From Eledone cirrhosa (Eukaryota), in NCBI GenBank assembly GCA_964016885.1, contig OZ024741.1, positions 198,772,001 to 198,836,000 on the forward strand: a stretch of 64,000 nt of DNA, written 5' to 3'. The position numbers and the translations under genes were made by a program. The notes under the pieces were generated by a model. That model saw only the letters and a list, made by a program, of their open reading frames with translations, did no database searches and was not told the origin of the DNA. Position 1 is the stretch's first letter. Each line of letters opens with the position of its first letter. Positions 51,285 to 64,000 of the stretch are shown here, in pieces.

Positions 51285-51465
51285 CTCCACCACCAACCTA
51301 GTTGCTTCAGCCACAAACCCTGGTACCACAACCCACAATGCAGAGGACAGGAAGATAAGCAAATACCAGGGCTTGTCTGACCACTTCCTCATTGCACCAG
51401 TTGCCATCGAGGCCTCAGGCATCCTTGGACCTTGTACAGCTGACCTCTTCCATAAAATCGGAATT
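51285..51465 (+). mobile_element. Restriction-like endonuclease fragment of an early-branching (CRE-like) non-LTR element
   Basis: AEDRKISKYQGL...IAPVAIEASGILGP motif in ORF 51280..51480. Confidence 0.65.
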
Positions 51466-51474
51466 ATATATATA

Positions 51475-52117
51475 TTATAGAATAATGGGAAAACTCAACA
51501 CAAGGAAGCTGTTAAAACACTAAATGCCGGCATCAATTAAAATTTGTGTTGGCCCACAGAAGTGACAGGAGGAAAGGAATAAAATGGGCCAACACACTTC
51601 TAGCCGCTGATTTCTATCCGACAAGGATCTTTTTCAACACACTGATGTGTTTGTATATATGTGTGTGCATGTATGTCTATATACATACATTTATATGTAT
51701 GAGTATATAAATATAAATGTGCAAACACAGACACATTTACAAAAATACACACTCAGACATACATTCACACAAACACACACATACATTCTCACAAACACAC
51801 ACATACACACATACACAGCATAACAAATGGAATGCCAGTCACTATTTTGCTATAGTTTTTTCACCACTTACTTCCTTCCTTTTACACACATACATTCACG
51901 CAGGCAGTAGAAGTAAAGAGAGAGGAGTAGTATGAGTTAGTAAAACTACTCCTCTTTCTTTATGTGTTGTGATAGAATGACAAAAATTTATATATAAATG
52001 CCATCATTAATGGCATTTTGCTGTTTTAACAGCTTCCTTGTGATGAGTTTTTCCCATAATTCTATGAATTCTAATACACTTGGATTTCAAACTCAATATT
52101 CGAGATAACTTTGTTTT

Positions 52118-52120
<3 letters not shown>
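51475..52120 (+). mobile_element. Inverted-repeat + tail element, Penelope-like relic
   Basis: Arms about 51475-51530 and 52012-52067; minus-strand motif TTGAAAA-agatcc-ttgtc-ggata-GAAA at about 51600-51637; tail ends at (TA)n. Confidence 0.55.
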
Positions 52121-52155
<35 letters not shown>

Positions 52156-52159
<4 letters not shown>

Positions 52160-52828
52160 CAGAAGACCTGCCTTGCCTAAGTACAAAGCGAAACCTACAG
52201 TCAGTAGGCACCTCTAACAAAATACACCCCCGTCCCACTACCCCCACCCCCTTAAATTTGAAGTTATGTTGGTGCCACAACATCCAGTCCGAAACAAATG
52301 AGGTCGTGTAGGTGTCACGACAAAAAAACACACAGTCCACGCTGTAATGTGGCTGTGTAGGTAACACGGTAAAAACCTCCCAGTACACACTGTAAACGTG
52401 GTTGGTGTTGGGAAGGGCGCCCAGCCGTAGAAAACCCGCCAGACGTGTAGGTGTCACGACAATAAAACACACAGTCCACGCTGTAATGTGGCCGTGTAGG
52501 TAACACGGTAAAAACCTCCCAGTCCACACTGTAAACGTGGTTGGTGTTAGGAAGGGCATCCAGCCGTAGAAAACCCGCCAGACGTGTAGGTGTCACGACA
52601 ATAAAACACACAGTCCACGCTGTAATGTGGCTGTGTAGGTAACACGGTAAAAACCTCCCAGTCCACACTGTAAACGTGGTTGGTGTTAGGAAGGGCATCC
52701 AGCCGTAGAAAACCCGCCAGACAGTCCTGAGCAAGACAACCAGTCTTGCCTCAAGTGGGACAATTCCCGTCCAGACCCATGCTAGCGTGGAGAATGGACG
52801 TTAAACGATGATGATGATGATGATGATG
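52156..52828 (+). mobile_element. RTE LINE 3' end with three copies of the 139-bp module
   Basis: Module starts (gtgtaggtgtcac) at 52306, 52445 and 52584; (GAT)n tail. Confidence 0.92.
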
Positions 52829-53208
52829 AAACACAAATTTAAATAATTTTGAAAACCAAACAATGCATTAGAAGAAAATTAAATTGCTAAGATAACAAAA
52901 GAATCTTACCTTAGCAAATTTAATGATCCCAAATATATACACATATATATATATATATAGTTAATAAAGGAAACAAACCAATCATAGGAATGTAAAAATA
53001 CACAGTTATATTAGGTTCACACAAGGTATGGCACTCTCATAACAAGACCACACAGTTCCGCACTGTAAATGTGGTTGATGTTAGGGAGGGTATCCAGCAG
53101 TAAAAAGCCCACCAAAATATGGTTCTGTTTAGGAAAGTACAGCGCAGCCAACTGACCAGTTTTGCCTCATAACGTGGATGCTCCGTCTGACTCAAATGAT
53201 GATGATGA

Positions 53209-53250
<42 letters not shown>

Positions 53251-53314
53251 ATATATATATATATATATATATATGATGATGATATATATATATATATATG
53301 TGTGTGTGTATATA

Positions 53315-53910
53315 TCATCATCATCATCATCATCATCACCGTTTTACGTCCGTTCTTCCATGCTAGCATGGGTTAGACGGGTTGTCCTGTTGTGGGCAGT
53401 GTCTGGTCGGCTGACCATGCCTTGCACATACAGGAACTGATCTGGCTTGATTTCTACAGCTGGATGTCCTTCCTAAAACCAACCTCATTTACAGTGAGTG
53501 CTGGGTTCTTTTTCGTGGCGCCTACACGTCCACATTACAGTGTGGGCTGGGTGCTTTTTTTTTGCCGTGGCACCTCCACGACCACCTTGCAGTGGGGGGT
53601 GTGGGGGCATATTGTCTATATGCTTCAGCTTGTACCCATGGGAGGTTGGGTAGTCTGTATTACTGCGTGACGCCAGAGGTCACGGTCGTGTGTCATCGCC
53701 TTTGAGAGGTGTAATTGGGTAAGGTTGGCTTTTATCACCTCATCCCAGGTCATCTTGGGTCTCCCCACTCCGCGGTTTCCATCGACTTCTAGTGCTCTGC
53801 ACCTTTTTATGCAGCTGTCATCCTTCATACGCATCACATGTCCATACCAACGCAATCGCCTCTCCTGCACACAGCATTTGATTCCTCTTATGCTCAGTCT
53901 CTCTCTCAAT
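53315..53910 (-). mobile_element. RTE LINE 3' end (second subfamily)
   Basis: ORF 53625..53996: ELRERLSIRGIKCCVQERRLRWYGHVMRM...GRPKMTW; 3' UTR shared with SINE family 2. Confidence 0.92.
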
Positions 53911-56676
53911 TCATTTATATATATATATACCCTCCTAGACTCGATTGCAAAATTTGTCAGAAAACCTTTTGCTTCATGTCTGGACTTAAAAAACATTTAT
54001 GAGCTCATAATAGAAAACTTTCCACTTAAAAATATATAAATAAAAATTGCATATTCAAAATGAGTCTTGCTCATTCATCGAGTGACAACCATCATCATCT
54101 ACATATAATAAATGGGAATTTCTGTGTGTGTGTCAGCATCTGTCTGTCGCCAGCAAATATAAGTATTGTACTTATGTATTGAAGTAAATAAACTGCAAAT
54201 CAAATATGTTATTGTAAGTTCGTATCATTCTTGCATCATGAAACAAATCTGTCTTTTAATTATAAGTGATTCATTCCACTGCACAAGAGTTGATAATTAA
54301 ATTGATGTAATTATTTTAATTGATTTAATTAAAACTAAACATAGGATAAGTTCAATGAAGAATATGTGATGCTTTAGAAATGTGTCCATTCAATAAACAG
54401 AAAAAAACATTATTGTTTTTTAAATATAGAGGAAATAAGATTTGATATTTAAAATACAATGCTAGTGGTGTTATAATTTAATAAAGTATTCAAATTAATC
54501 TGTTTTAAGTGTTATAATTTCATTTTACTGGGTATCTATTAGATACTGCATCTAGCAGTATGTAATTTATTTTGGCAGAAATATTCTTCAGAAATTTAAA
54601 GAGAGGACGTGCTTCAGTAGATGTTTGGAGATAAAAACAAATCTCTCAGTGATAAAAATATTTTATAATGTAAAATACAGCAGATTTACATGAAGATTAC
54701 ATGAAAATGTTGTTCTATATTATTATTCTTTAGTAAAACAGAAATTAACAACAGCAACAACAAAATGCTATATTATTAAATAATTTTGTAATGAACTATG
54801 TAGCACAACCACACCCACATACATCACACACACATACACACACTCACAACCACACCCACATACCCACATGAACACTTATACCCATGCACACTCACAACAC
54901 AAACATATCTGAAAGAATATTTATATATTTAATATATGTTTGGTCTTGTAAAGTAATTTGGGGGTTAAAATCCCAAATTCTTGGCAAAGCAAACTTTTGG
55001 GTCTCATCATCAGTTTGGAATGAGAACCATAAAATAAAATCCACTTGTTTCACTGCCTGTACGTCTTTACAAGACTAAAAAAATGGTTTAAACACATCTA
55101 CTTTCATTTACTGAACTAATTAGTTCTGTTGCTGCATAGTATGTTGTGTAATTAACTAATTAATTACACACAAACATACACATATAAGTAAGATGTGTTT
55201 TGATATACAAATCACGACAAAAAAATCATTTAAGTTCTCCTTCATATTCATAATTTAGCTACTACCCACTACAATCCCCTCACCACAGAATTGGTAGTAT
55301 AATTGGTAAATGCTCAAGCAATTTTTATATATATATTTTTTTTTCACTGATTCTCTTTTAAACATTTTTACATCGTCTGAAGCATTTTCCCAAGCTTATT
55401 CATTCTGAATTAGCTTTCCCATTCATCATCACTGACCAGACTAAAGTGCATGGAAATTATGCTTGATAAATGAAAGCTGTTTATTCCTTATGAAATAAAA
55501 TACGATTTTGCCAGAATTTCATCAGAGACATACTAATTATATTTCAACATCCTTCTATAATCCTGTAATGTACCAATACCACCACCACTGCCACTGCGAC
55601 CACCACTGCCCCCCCCCCACCCCAGCTACAACACTATTATCACTGCCATAACTACCATCTACTACTTCTAGCAATAATTTTAGGTATTTGAAAGACTTCA
55701 TTTCACGAGTTCCTTTGCTGCTAACTGCTCTTTCGCATCTATTACATATGAAATCCTTCTTCTCTGTCAACTTACTTTAAATTCCACTGCACATTTTATT
55801 AATCTAATGTTTGTATTAAGTTCACAGTACAAAGTTTCCACCTGCTCCTCTTCTGACTACTCAAGATGGCAGTAGGGTTCTGTTTCATGTGAAGACTTTC
55901 ATCTTTGCTAATTACACCTTTAGACCTCTCAATTTTATACAATGTTTCCATGCTTGGAACTGTTCTGCACCTCAGTGCATGGCTAGCACAGATCTCACAA
56001 GCCATTCATCATCATCATCATCATCATTACCATCTAACATCTATTTTTCATGTTTGCACGGGTTAGACAAGTTGTCACATATCGAGGCTAGACTAATCAG
56101 ATTGGCTTGGTTTCTATGTCTGGATGCTCTTCCTATCGTCAACCACCTTAGAACACGTACTGTAACTCTGAGGTGTGTGTGTGTGTGTTTACATTTATGT
56201 TTTAGCCACCAACAGACAACAAACCCTGTCAAAGGCTTTTTCCAAGTTAACAAATGCTCAGTATAGTGGTTATCACTTAGCTATGAATTTCATCTGCACT
56301 TGCACAAAACCAAAATGCATCGCATCTAAACTAGTTCTCTCCTTGATTAGTATCTTTGCTACTTTTGTGATTTGGTCCATCAAATGAATGCCTCAGTAGC
56401 TGCTCATTTCCTTTACCATTGTAACAGTTGACAATTCTGGGATACATCTTCATGGGATAACCTTTTTACGTATTACATGACTGGGTATTCAAATAACTAC
56501 GTCATGTGTTCTACATCAGATATTTTCCATGTCTTGGTGAGAGTCTCTGACAAGCTTACTGCTTTCTCTGCTTTCATATCCTTAATGCCCTGTTCCTTTA
56601 CATAGCAGTCAATACCTGGTGCCTATATTGTATCTATTTTCTCACACATAATCTTCTCATTCACTAACCACTTTTA

Positions 56677-56818
56677 ATAGCATAGAGTTACGTCCCTTTA
56701 TGATCTGAGTTCAAATCCCGCCAGGGTTAACTTTGCCTTTCATCCTTACGGGGTCGATAAAATAAAATACCAGTAATGCACTGGGTAATTGCTGGCCTTG
56801 TGCCAAAAGTAGAAACAA
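56677..56818 (+). mobile_element. 5'-truncated SINE family 1
   Basis: gttacgtccctttatgatctgagttcaaatcccgcc ... ccttgtgccaaaagtagaaacaa. Confidence 0.85.
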
Positions 56819-57169
56819 TTATTATCAGTGAGGGTGAGTAGCCACTATCATTCTATTTAGCAAAGTAAGCTAAAGCTTTAGCCCATAAACAGAATTCCCT
56901 ATGGCCTCATTCCATTGCCTATATTTTTTATAGACTCATATACTACATTATTCCACCACCACATTACCTTCTATTTGAGTGAGTTTCTTGTTTGCAGTAT
57001 GTTGCCCCTTACACATATCCAGCTATTTTCTACATTACATAGTGTCTCTATGTTTCTCTGTCCATAGACAATATTTGCTAAAGATGTGCGGAAGTAACTC
57101 CCTCAGAAGTATCTTATAGTTTCTATATTATTTATACTCTTAGATATTGCTTTATAGCTTTCATCATCA

Positions 57170-57390
57170 TCACCTTGATTTTGCCTGTGCATCTTCTACA
57201 TGCAAAGTCTTCCCTTCCTGTTAGTCTACCCAATATCCCACTACATCTCTTGTGTACACAAGATTTAGATTGTGTACATTGTATGCAGTTTATGCCTATT
57301 CCTTTTCTACATATTGAGCATCACCACTTCCCTGAGGGGATCAGGGTCTTCTCTTCTTTCCCACTCACTAACACTTTTGGTTAAGTTTAC
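57170..57390 (-). mobile_element. RTE fragment covering the PHD-type finger
   Basis: Minus strand KVLV...PSGKW*CSICRKG...VHKRCSG...FACRRC; a shorter fragment lies at about 55650-55797. Confidence 0.75.
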
Positions 57391-59029
57391 ACTGCAATAA
57401 CTGATTTCTTCTTGATTGCATTAGCTGTGATTACATTTATCAGTATGTAAAGATTTCATATTCACTGGTGTCACAACAAAAAGCAAGCATTCCACTATGT
57501 AAGGTAATCATGCCAGAGTCATGATGAAATGCTCATAGTACATGTTGTAATGTGGTCAGCATTAGGAAGGACATCCAGTTGTAGAAAACCACCCCCAAAA
57601 TGAGCAAGATGTGGTCACTTGACCTATCTAACCTCATAATGTGACAACCTGTCTAATCCATGTAAGCATGGAAAAATAGATGTTAAATGGTGGTGATAAT
57701 GATGACAATGAACTATTTGTCTGTCTTTCTGCTCAGAATAAAATCAATATATTTCTCAAATGTAGCTAGCTGTGAGATAGCCTGTTGGTTGGTTACCATT
57801 CTGAAGGTTGTGCTGTTGTTGGTAAATTCATTCATGTTACAGTTTACACAGGATTGTGCCAAATATTACTGAGTCTGTGAGATATTCTTGATTATTTAAT
57901 CTTTGTATACTATATGACTTTTCTCTCTCTTTGACTCGTAACTCCCGAGGGAGTTATAGGGACGTCATATTGACATACAACATTTCTTAGCATATTATTT
58001 AAACATGGCTGAGCCCATCATCTCTCCAGGCCATGTACTATATAAATAAGCATAATATACTACTAAAGTAAACATACAAATTAATAGACAATAACATTAC
58101 ACCAAATCTTGATCCTGTTTCTGTCAAGATGGAAAAGATACAATAAATTTAAGTAATTAATAATATACACTTAGTTTTTTTTTATGATTCATTTTCATGT
58201 CTTTTGGTCACAATTCCCTTTCACTAAATTCCATCAACTGTAAAGAGTTTTGCTATAGATCAAATATCTCAGTTGCTAGCAACAGATTAAATGTGTCATT
58301 AATCAGAATTAAATTCCAAAGTATCCCTCAGCTCTAACCTTTTAAATTTTGATAAGAAAATTACGTAAAAAGAAACTTTAAGGTACCCAACTATTATTGC
58401 ACCCAAAAAGTTTTAGTTTATAAATGAACTAACAATTCTGTTGATTCTTTAAATTCATAGATATTTATTTTCTTTTTTATTATTCAGTATTTCATAGTTT
58501 TTTGGGAAGGTTTTCACATTACATTATTGTTATTTTTTTTTTTTTTTTATTCCTGACCGTTTTCTTTGCTAATAGAAAAATAATCTTTCCATTAAACTCA
58601 CATCACCTATCACAGCATCTCAACTTTTACAAAGAAAGTTCTAAAACATTTCAACAAATCCCTTATACAAATTACTTCTTGGACGTGGAGAAATGTTTTG
58701 TCAACACTTCTATGCTCTTTATTAAGTATCATCAATGTTTTGAAATTAGGGTGTCCATGAATGGGTAATCAATCTATTTATACTGCTGAATTCTAATACA
58801 TTTTGGAGGACTCATAGATGTACTTTGAAGCAATACCATGGTGAAGCAGTCAAGCAGTTAACTCTATCAACCATGGAGAGTATAGAAAACGTAATTTGGT
58901 CCATTAATTTTTTTCTGTAGGTAAAATCTCAGCAGAAAAAAAGTTGTAACTTATTTTTAATTTCAACAGATTGATGCATGGCAGAACACAGTAAAAAATC
59001 TCTAAATGATGAATCTAATAATAAAATAC

Positions 59030-59540
59030 ACCAAGCTCACTCTGTAAAGTGGTAGGACTGAAGCCATGATAAATGCACCCAGTCCACACTGTAAAGTAGT
59101 AGTAGTAGTTCCAAGATAGAACACACATAGTCCAAGCTGTAACGTTTTAGTAGTAGTGTCAAAATAAAATGCACCCAGCCCACACTGTAAAGTGGTAGTG
59201 TTAGTACTAAGATAAAACACACCCAGATCACACTGTAAAGTGGTAGTGGTTGTACCAAGATAAAAGCACCCAGCTAACACTGTAAAGTGTTAGTGATGGT
59301 GTTATGATAAATACACCCAGCCCACACTATAAAGTGGTAGTGGTAGTGATACAATAAAAAATACACATTACATGCCACAAAATGGATGGCATTATGAAGG
59401 GTATCCAGCCATAGAAACCAAGCCCAAAATGGAATGTATGAATAAGACATGGTCACCTGACCCCGCTTAGCCTCAGTATATGACAACCTGCCCAACCCAT
59501 GTAAAATAGTGGTAAAATAGTGACGATGATAATGATGATG
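59030..59540 (+). mobile_element. RTE-tail-type repeat with 47-bp minisatellite array
   Basis: Tandem cacccagyccacactgtaaagtggtagt units and GAT tail. Confidence 0.75.
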
Positions 59541-59725
59541 GTGATGACGATGATGATGGTTATGATGATGTTGGTGATGGTAATGATGATGATGCAAAAA
59601 CTCTTCAGAAAATATACCCCCAGAGCAGTATTCAAGAGTGACATTACACTCTACAGAAGCCTAATCAAATTAAATTCTCTTTTAAAAATTGAATAAAATA
59701 AGAAATTGCATGAAAATTAAATAAT

Positions 59726-59906
59726 TGTCTCTACTTTAGGCACAAGGCCAGCAATTACCCAGTGCATTACTGGTACTTTATTTTATCGACCCCGTAAGGA
59801 TGAAAGGCAAAGTCAACCTCGGCGGGATTTGAATTCAGATCGTAAAGGGACGTAACTATGCTGGAAAGCATGGTGTCCGACCCTCTACCGATACTGCCAA
59901 TACACC
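59726..59906 (-). mobile_element. SINE family 1 with 13-bp TSD
   Basis: TSD aaaattaaataat at 59713-59725 and 59907-59919. Confidence 0.9.
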
Positions 59907-61071
59907 AAAATTAAATAATATTTCAAACTATGACCCTTAAATCATATTGTTAATTCTCTCTAAGTGAATGTGAATGCCATGACTCTGTACATGGAAGGAA
60001 GTTGCAGACGAGGAAGACTAAGAAAAATATGGGAAAATGTAGAGAAGGTTAATCTCATGTTGCTGAACTTTATGAAGGAAATGGCCAAGAATCACAAAAT
60101 ATTGTGAGGCACTGTGTTGGGCAGAGCTGTCCAATCCATATCAACAAGCAGATGTAAAATAATGATGGTTCTATGAAATAACAATGATCAGTTTGGATCA
60201 AAGAAGAAACAAAAGATGTGAAGATACTTGAATACATTAACCAATTATATTTCCATAAAGTTAACTATTTTGACAGTGTATTTGTCTGTAAGTAGCATTG
60301 TCTTCAAATATGTGTGACAGAATGTGGCTTAGTGGTTAGGATGTTCAGCTAACAATCGCAAGGTTGTAAATTCAATTCTGGGCGGCATATTGTGTCCACC
60401 CAGATGGAAAAAAGAATAAGCTGCATTTGTAATTTAAAAAGGTAGCTTTGTCATGCAATGTATCATGCTGAATCTCCCTGAGAATTATTTTAAGGGTTTA
60501 GAATGCTCAGACCCTCACATGTTAATTTCATAAGCAGGCTGTACCATTGATCAAACAACTGGAATACACATTGTTAGAAACAACAACACCACCACCACCA
60601 CCATCAACAACAAAAATAACACCACTATCACCACCATGACCAACAACAACAACACTAATACCCCCCCCCCCCCACCAAAAACAACATCAACAATAACATC
60701 ACCACCACCACCTCTACCAAAACAACAACAATAACAACACCATCAAGTCAAGACTGAAGCAGGGCTACTGATCTCCTAGACAAGCTGAGGGGTCTATATC
60801 TCGCTTACATACAGTCATATCGAGTGCAGAGGAGAAGTTATTTATTTTGACACAAACTGACAAACTGAAAGGTCCTCCTAACCCTTATTTGGCAAGCTTT
60901 CTATGGCTGGATGCTCTTCCTATCACCAACAATGCATTTATTGTGTAGATAACTTTTTTTTTGTTACGAAAAATGTTTTTCTTTGACAGCAAGGCTACCC
61001 TTATGCTTACTATATATAAACATATTATATTTGGTTATATATGTTTGCATATACTCCTCTATTATGCTTAA

Positions 61072-61274
61072 CCCATTAGCATTTAAACCAATCATATCCA
61101 GCCAGAATTCTCTCAGCTCGTTCTGTTCAAACCAGCCATAACCAACCACTCATACTGATGTTAAGGTATTGTTCTCCAAATAAATAGTTCCCAAATCTCA
61201 TAGATTCAATATTATTATGTGAGATAATTATGAAAATGTAATCGTAAATATAGAGTAATGTAAATGCTAAAGGG
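61072..61274 (+). mobile_element. piggyBac-derived MITE (family B) with canonical TTAA TSD
   Basis: TTAA-CCCATTAGCATTTA ... TAAATGCTAAAGGG-TTAA. Confidence 0.9.
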
Positions 61275-61300
61275 TTAAATGCTGTCTTAGTCCTACCATC

Positions 61301-61354
<54 letters not shown>

Positions 61355-61359
<5 letters not shown>

Positions 61360-61998
61360 TGTATATGTGTGTCCCCGCATGTATCTGTGTGTTTCTAAAT
61401 ATATTGTTAATAACTCCCTCTGGTCGAGTAATCTTTGAAGTGTGGTGACTGCTGGAAAGCTGCCATTACTCATACTTCTCGCCTCCTTCACCACCTCTTC
61501 TACGGCTTCGATATAAATACCCCCTCCGCCTCCGTGGTATTTTCTTCGGGGTTATAAGAGGCTTAGCTCTGTTTCTCGACCGTTATATCGCGTGACTATC
61601 TCCCCCTCCGCCTTTTGGGATTCTTTCTCACGTCGTGTAGACGCGTTCTTGAGGCTAGTAAAATGAGGTATCCTCTTGATAAGTCGGCAGACCTCGCAAG
61701 GACTCTATATCTTTTTGATGTATTGTTTTTGTTTATGCCACGAAACTACGTAGTCGAGGAATCTAGGAGCAGTTTAGGTATGATACATTTTATTACTAAT
61801 TATATCTAAATGTTTCTTCTCTCTTCATAATGTATTTTTAACTCTGATACTGGTTCAGTCTAGTTCAACCGGATTGGTCTGTCCCAGTCATTCATTGAGC
61901 AACATCGGTGAGGTTGGCACCCTTAACTCACGGTTGGGTGTGGATGCATTCATGTATATGTGTGTGTCCGCATGTATCTGTGTGTTTCTAAATATATT
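61355..61998 (+). mobile_element. 593-bp terminally redundant, hammerhead-bearing element (retrozyme or Penelope pseudo-LTR)
   Basis: 51-bp direct repeats at 61355-61405 and 61948-61998; (TA)n on both sides; CpG-rich; no credible ORF. Confidence 0.75.
61671..61760 (+). ncRNA. Type I hammerhead ribozyme (U3-A8 variant); predicted cleavage after C61755
   Basis: tcctc-TTGATAA-gt(c)ggca...tgccac-GAAA-ctacgtag-TC-gagga; helices I and II pair, helix III is a palindrome, cleavage triplet GUC. Confidence 0.75.
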
Positions 61999-62697
61999 AT
62001 ATATATATATATATATATTTTGAAAATCATGGTCATTCATTTATTCATAGATTTGGCTTATAATCTTCTAAGGATATTAGAAATGTGATTGGTTAATTAA
62101 CCTTTTATATAGCCAATAATTTATAATAAATTAATCTGTGAATAAGTAGTTTATTGCTATTTTCTACATTGTTTCAGACGATCTATTCTTATATAAGCTG
62201 ATATCTTTTTAAAAAAATTGTTAATAACTTTATTATATGTGTTTATATTTGTGTTTATATTAATGAATACAAGTAATTATTGCTAGGAACCACACAAATA
62301 TAATGTACAAAAATATAGGATCAAAGCAAACCAACAAACTAAAACAACCATCAATTCACCACCAAGTATGATAATCGGTTGCATACTACAAGGGTTAATG
62401 GAAAATGTTGAGACAAGCCAACCTGCTCACAACATTACTGTAGGTGATGGTGAGACTAAAGCGCTGAAACAACTAGGCACCCTCATGGGTATCACTTGAC
62501 ACCTCGGTAAGGCGAACCACCAACAATGACAAGAAATTCACTCTCAGCGGTTTGGTCCACCAAATGTCTCAAACATCACAGGCTGGAAAAACTAGGTTAT
62601 TTGATATCTAAGTCTGGGTGAACACATACCAATTAGTTTGAATGCAGTGATTGTGACATACTGGCTAAGAGAGTTCAAACCTTGCATTAGAAATAAT

Positions 62698-62880
62698 TGT
62701 TTCTACTTTTGGCACAAGGCCAGCAATTACCCAGTGCATTACTGGTACTTTATTTTATCGACCCTGTAAGGATGAAAGGCAAAGTTAACCTCGGCGGGAT
62801 TTGAACTCAGATCGTAAAGGGACGTAACTATGTGTCAAAGCATGTCTGACCCTCTACCGATACTGCCAATCCACCGCCTT
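62698..62880 (-). mobile_element. Full-length SINE family 1 with 18-bp TSD
   Basis: TSD ccttgcattagaaataat at 62680-62697 and 62881-62898; A and B boxes intact. Confidence 0.93.
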
Positions 62881-62989
62881 CCTTGCATTAGAAATAATGT
62901 TCTGTGTTCAAACCAATCCATGCTAGACATACATACATACATTTGTGTATATATATAAATATAAACATAGATACATACACACATATGTG

Positions 62990-63045
<56 letters not shown>

Positions 63046-63082
63046 TACATATATATATACATATATATATATACATATATAC

Positions 63083-63178
<96 letters not shown>

Positions 63179-63467
63179 CACCCTACTAACAGAGAACGAA
63201 GGACAAACATGGACAGAGATATGAACTCTCCTCTCTAAATATGTATGTAAAAACTAATAATTTTTCTTCCCCTTTTTATTATTTGTATAAATATGCAACA
63301 TAACTACATTATGATATCTGCAGTTGAAAAAGCATATAATGTTGAAACCGGTACCATTATTAAATGCGGAAATATCCACTTTATAAATAAATGTTTTGAT
63401 ATACTGAAAGAATTTCTTCAGCATTTTCTACTGAAAAAATCTTTTCCTCTCTACTATTTGTTTATTT

Positions 63468-63551
<84 letters not shown>

Positions 63552-64000
63552 CTTCCTGAAAGTTAATCTGGTTTTCATGCTGGACACGGCACTACTGATA
63601 TGATCTTCTGAGCTAGACAGCTCCAGGAGAAGTGCATGGAACAAGGTTTGGATCTGTATCAGGCTTTTGTCGATCTGACAAAAGCTTTCGATACTGTTAA
63701 CAGAAATGCATTATGGAAGATACTCCAGAAACTTGGCTGCCCTGATAAGTTCCTTGCATTAGTTAGGTCTTTTCATGACAACATGAAGGCTTGGGTTAAT
63801 GTCGGAGGTAACATGTCGGAGCCTATCTCAGTAAAAAATGGAGTGAAACAGGGGGATATTCCAGCACCGACTCTGTTTGCCATATACTTTGCAATGGTTT
63901 TCTATATTGCATTCAGGAATTGCGAGCATGGTGTTTACATCCGATATCAAACCTCAGGCAGCATATTTAACATCAGGCGCTTTGCTGCAAAAACAAAAGT
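63552..64000 (+). mobile_element. RTE/BovB-like LINE RT fragment (continues beyond the window)
   Basis: LPES*SGFHAGHGTTDMIF*ARQLQEKC...AFVDLTKAFDTVNR...GVKQGDIPAPTLF...GVYIRYQTSG; two in-frame stops. Confidence 0.92.

Overview
AT-rich, repeat-dense animal genomic DNA. The (TA)n/(GAT)n microsatellites and the SINE/RTE repertoire look like an octopod cephalopod; this is inferred, not verified. The only host gene I can support is the 3' part of a GCC1/GCC88 golgin on the + strand: six GT-AG exons at 3270-3359, 4169-4297, 7009-7200, 8381-8765, 14007-14140 and 20921-21748, phase-consistent and ending in a GRIP domain. Its 5' exons lie upstream of the window. Everything else is intron or intergenic sequence filled with LINE relics (RTE, CR1, Tx1, R4/Dong, CRE-like), tRNA-derived SINEs, piggyBac- and mariner-derived MITEs, and micro/minisatellites. 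Four things stand out. (1) A 593-bp terminally redundant, CpG-rich unit inside (TA)n carries an apparently intact type I hammerhead ribozyme with a U3-A8 covariant core and palindromic helix III (61355-61998). (2) Several more hammerhead-like motifs and 'hairpin + tail' insertions suggest Penelope-like/retrozyme activity. (3) An RTE LINE family has a C4HC3 PHD-type finger inserted inside the RT domain. (4) A 348-bp fold-back palindrome creates a new miniature mariner-type element. No prokaryotic features, CRISPR arrays or rRNA genes were found.
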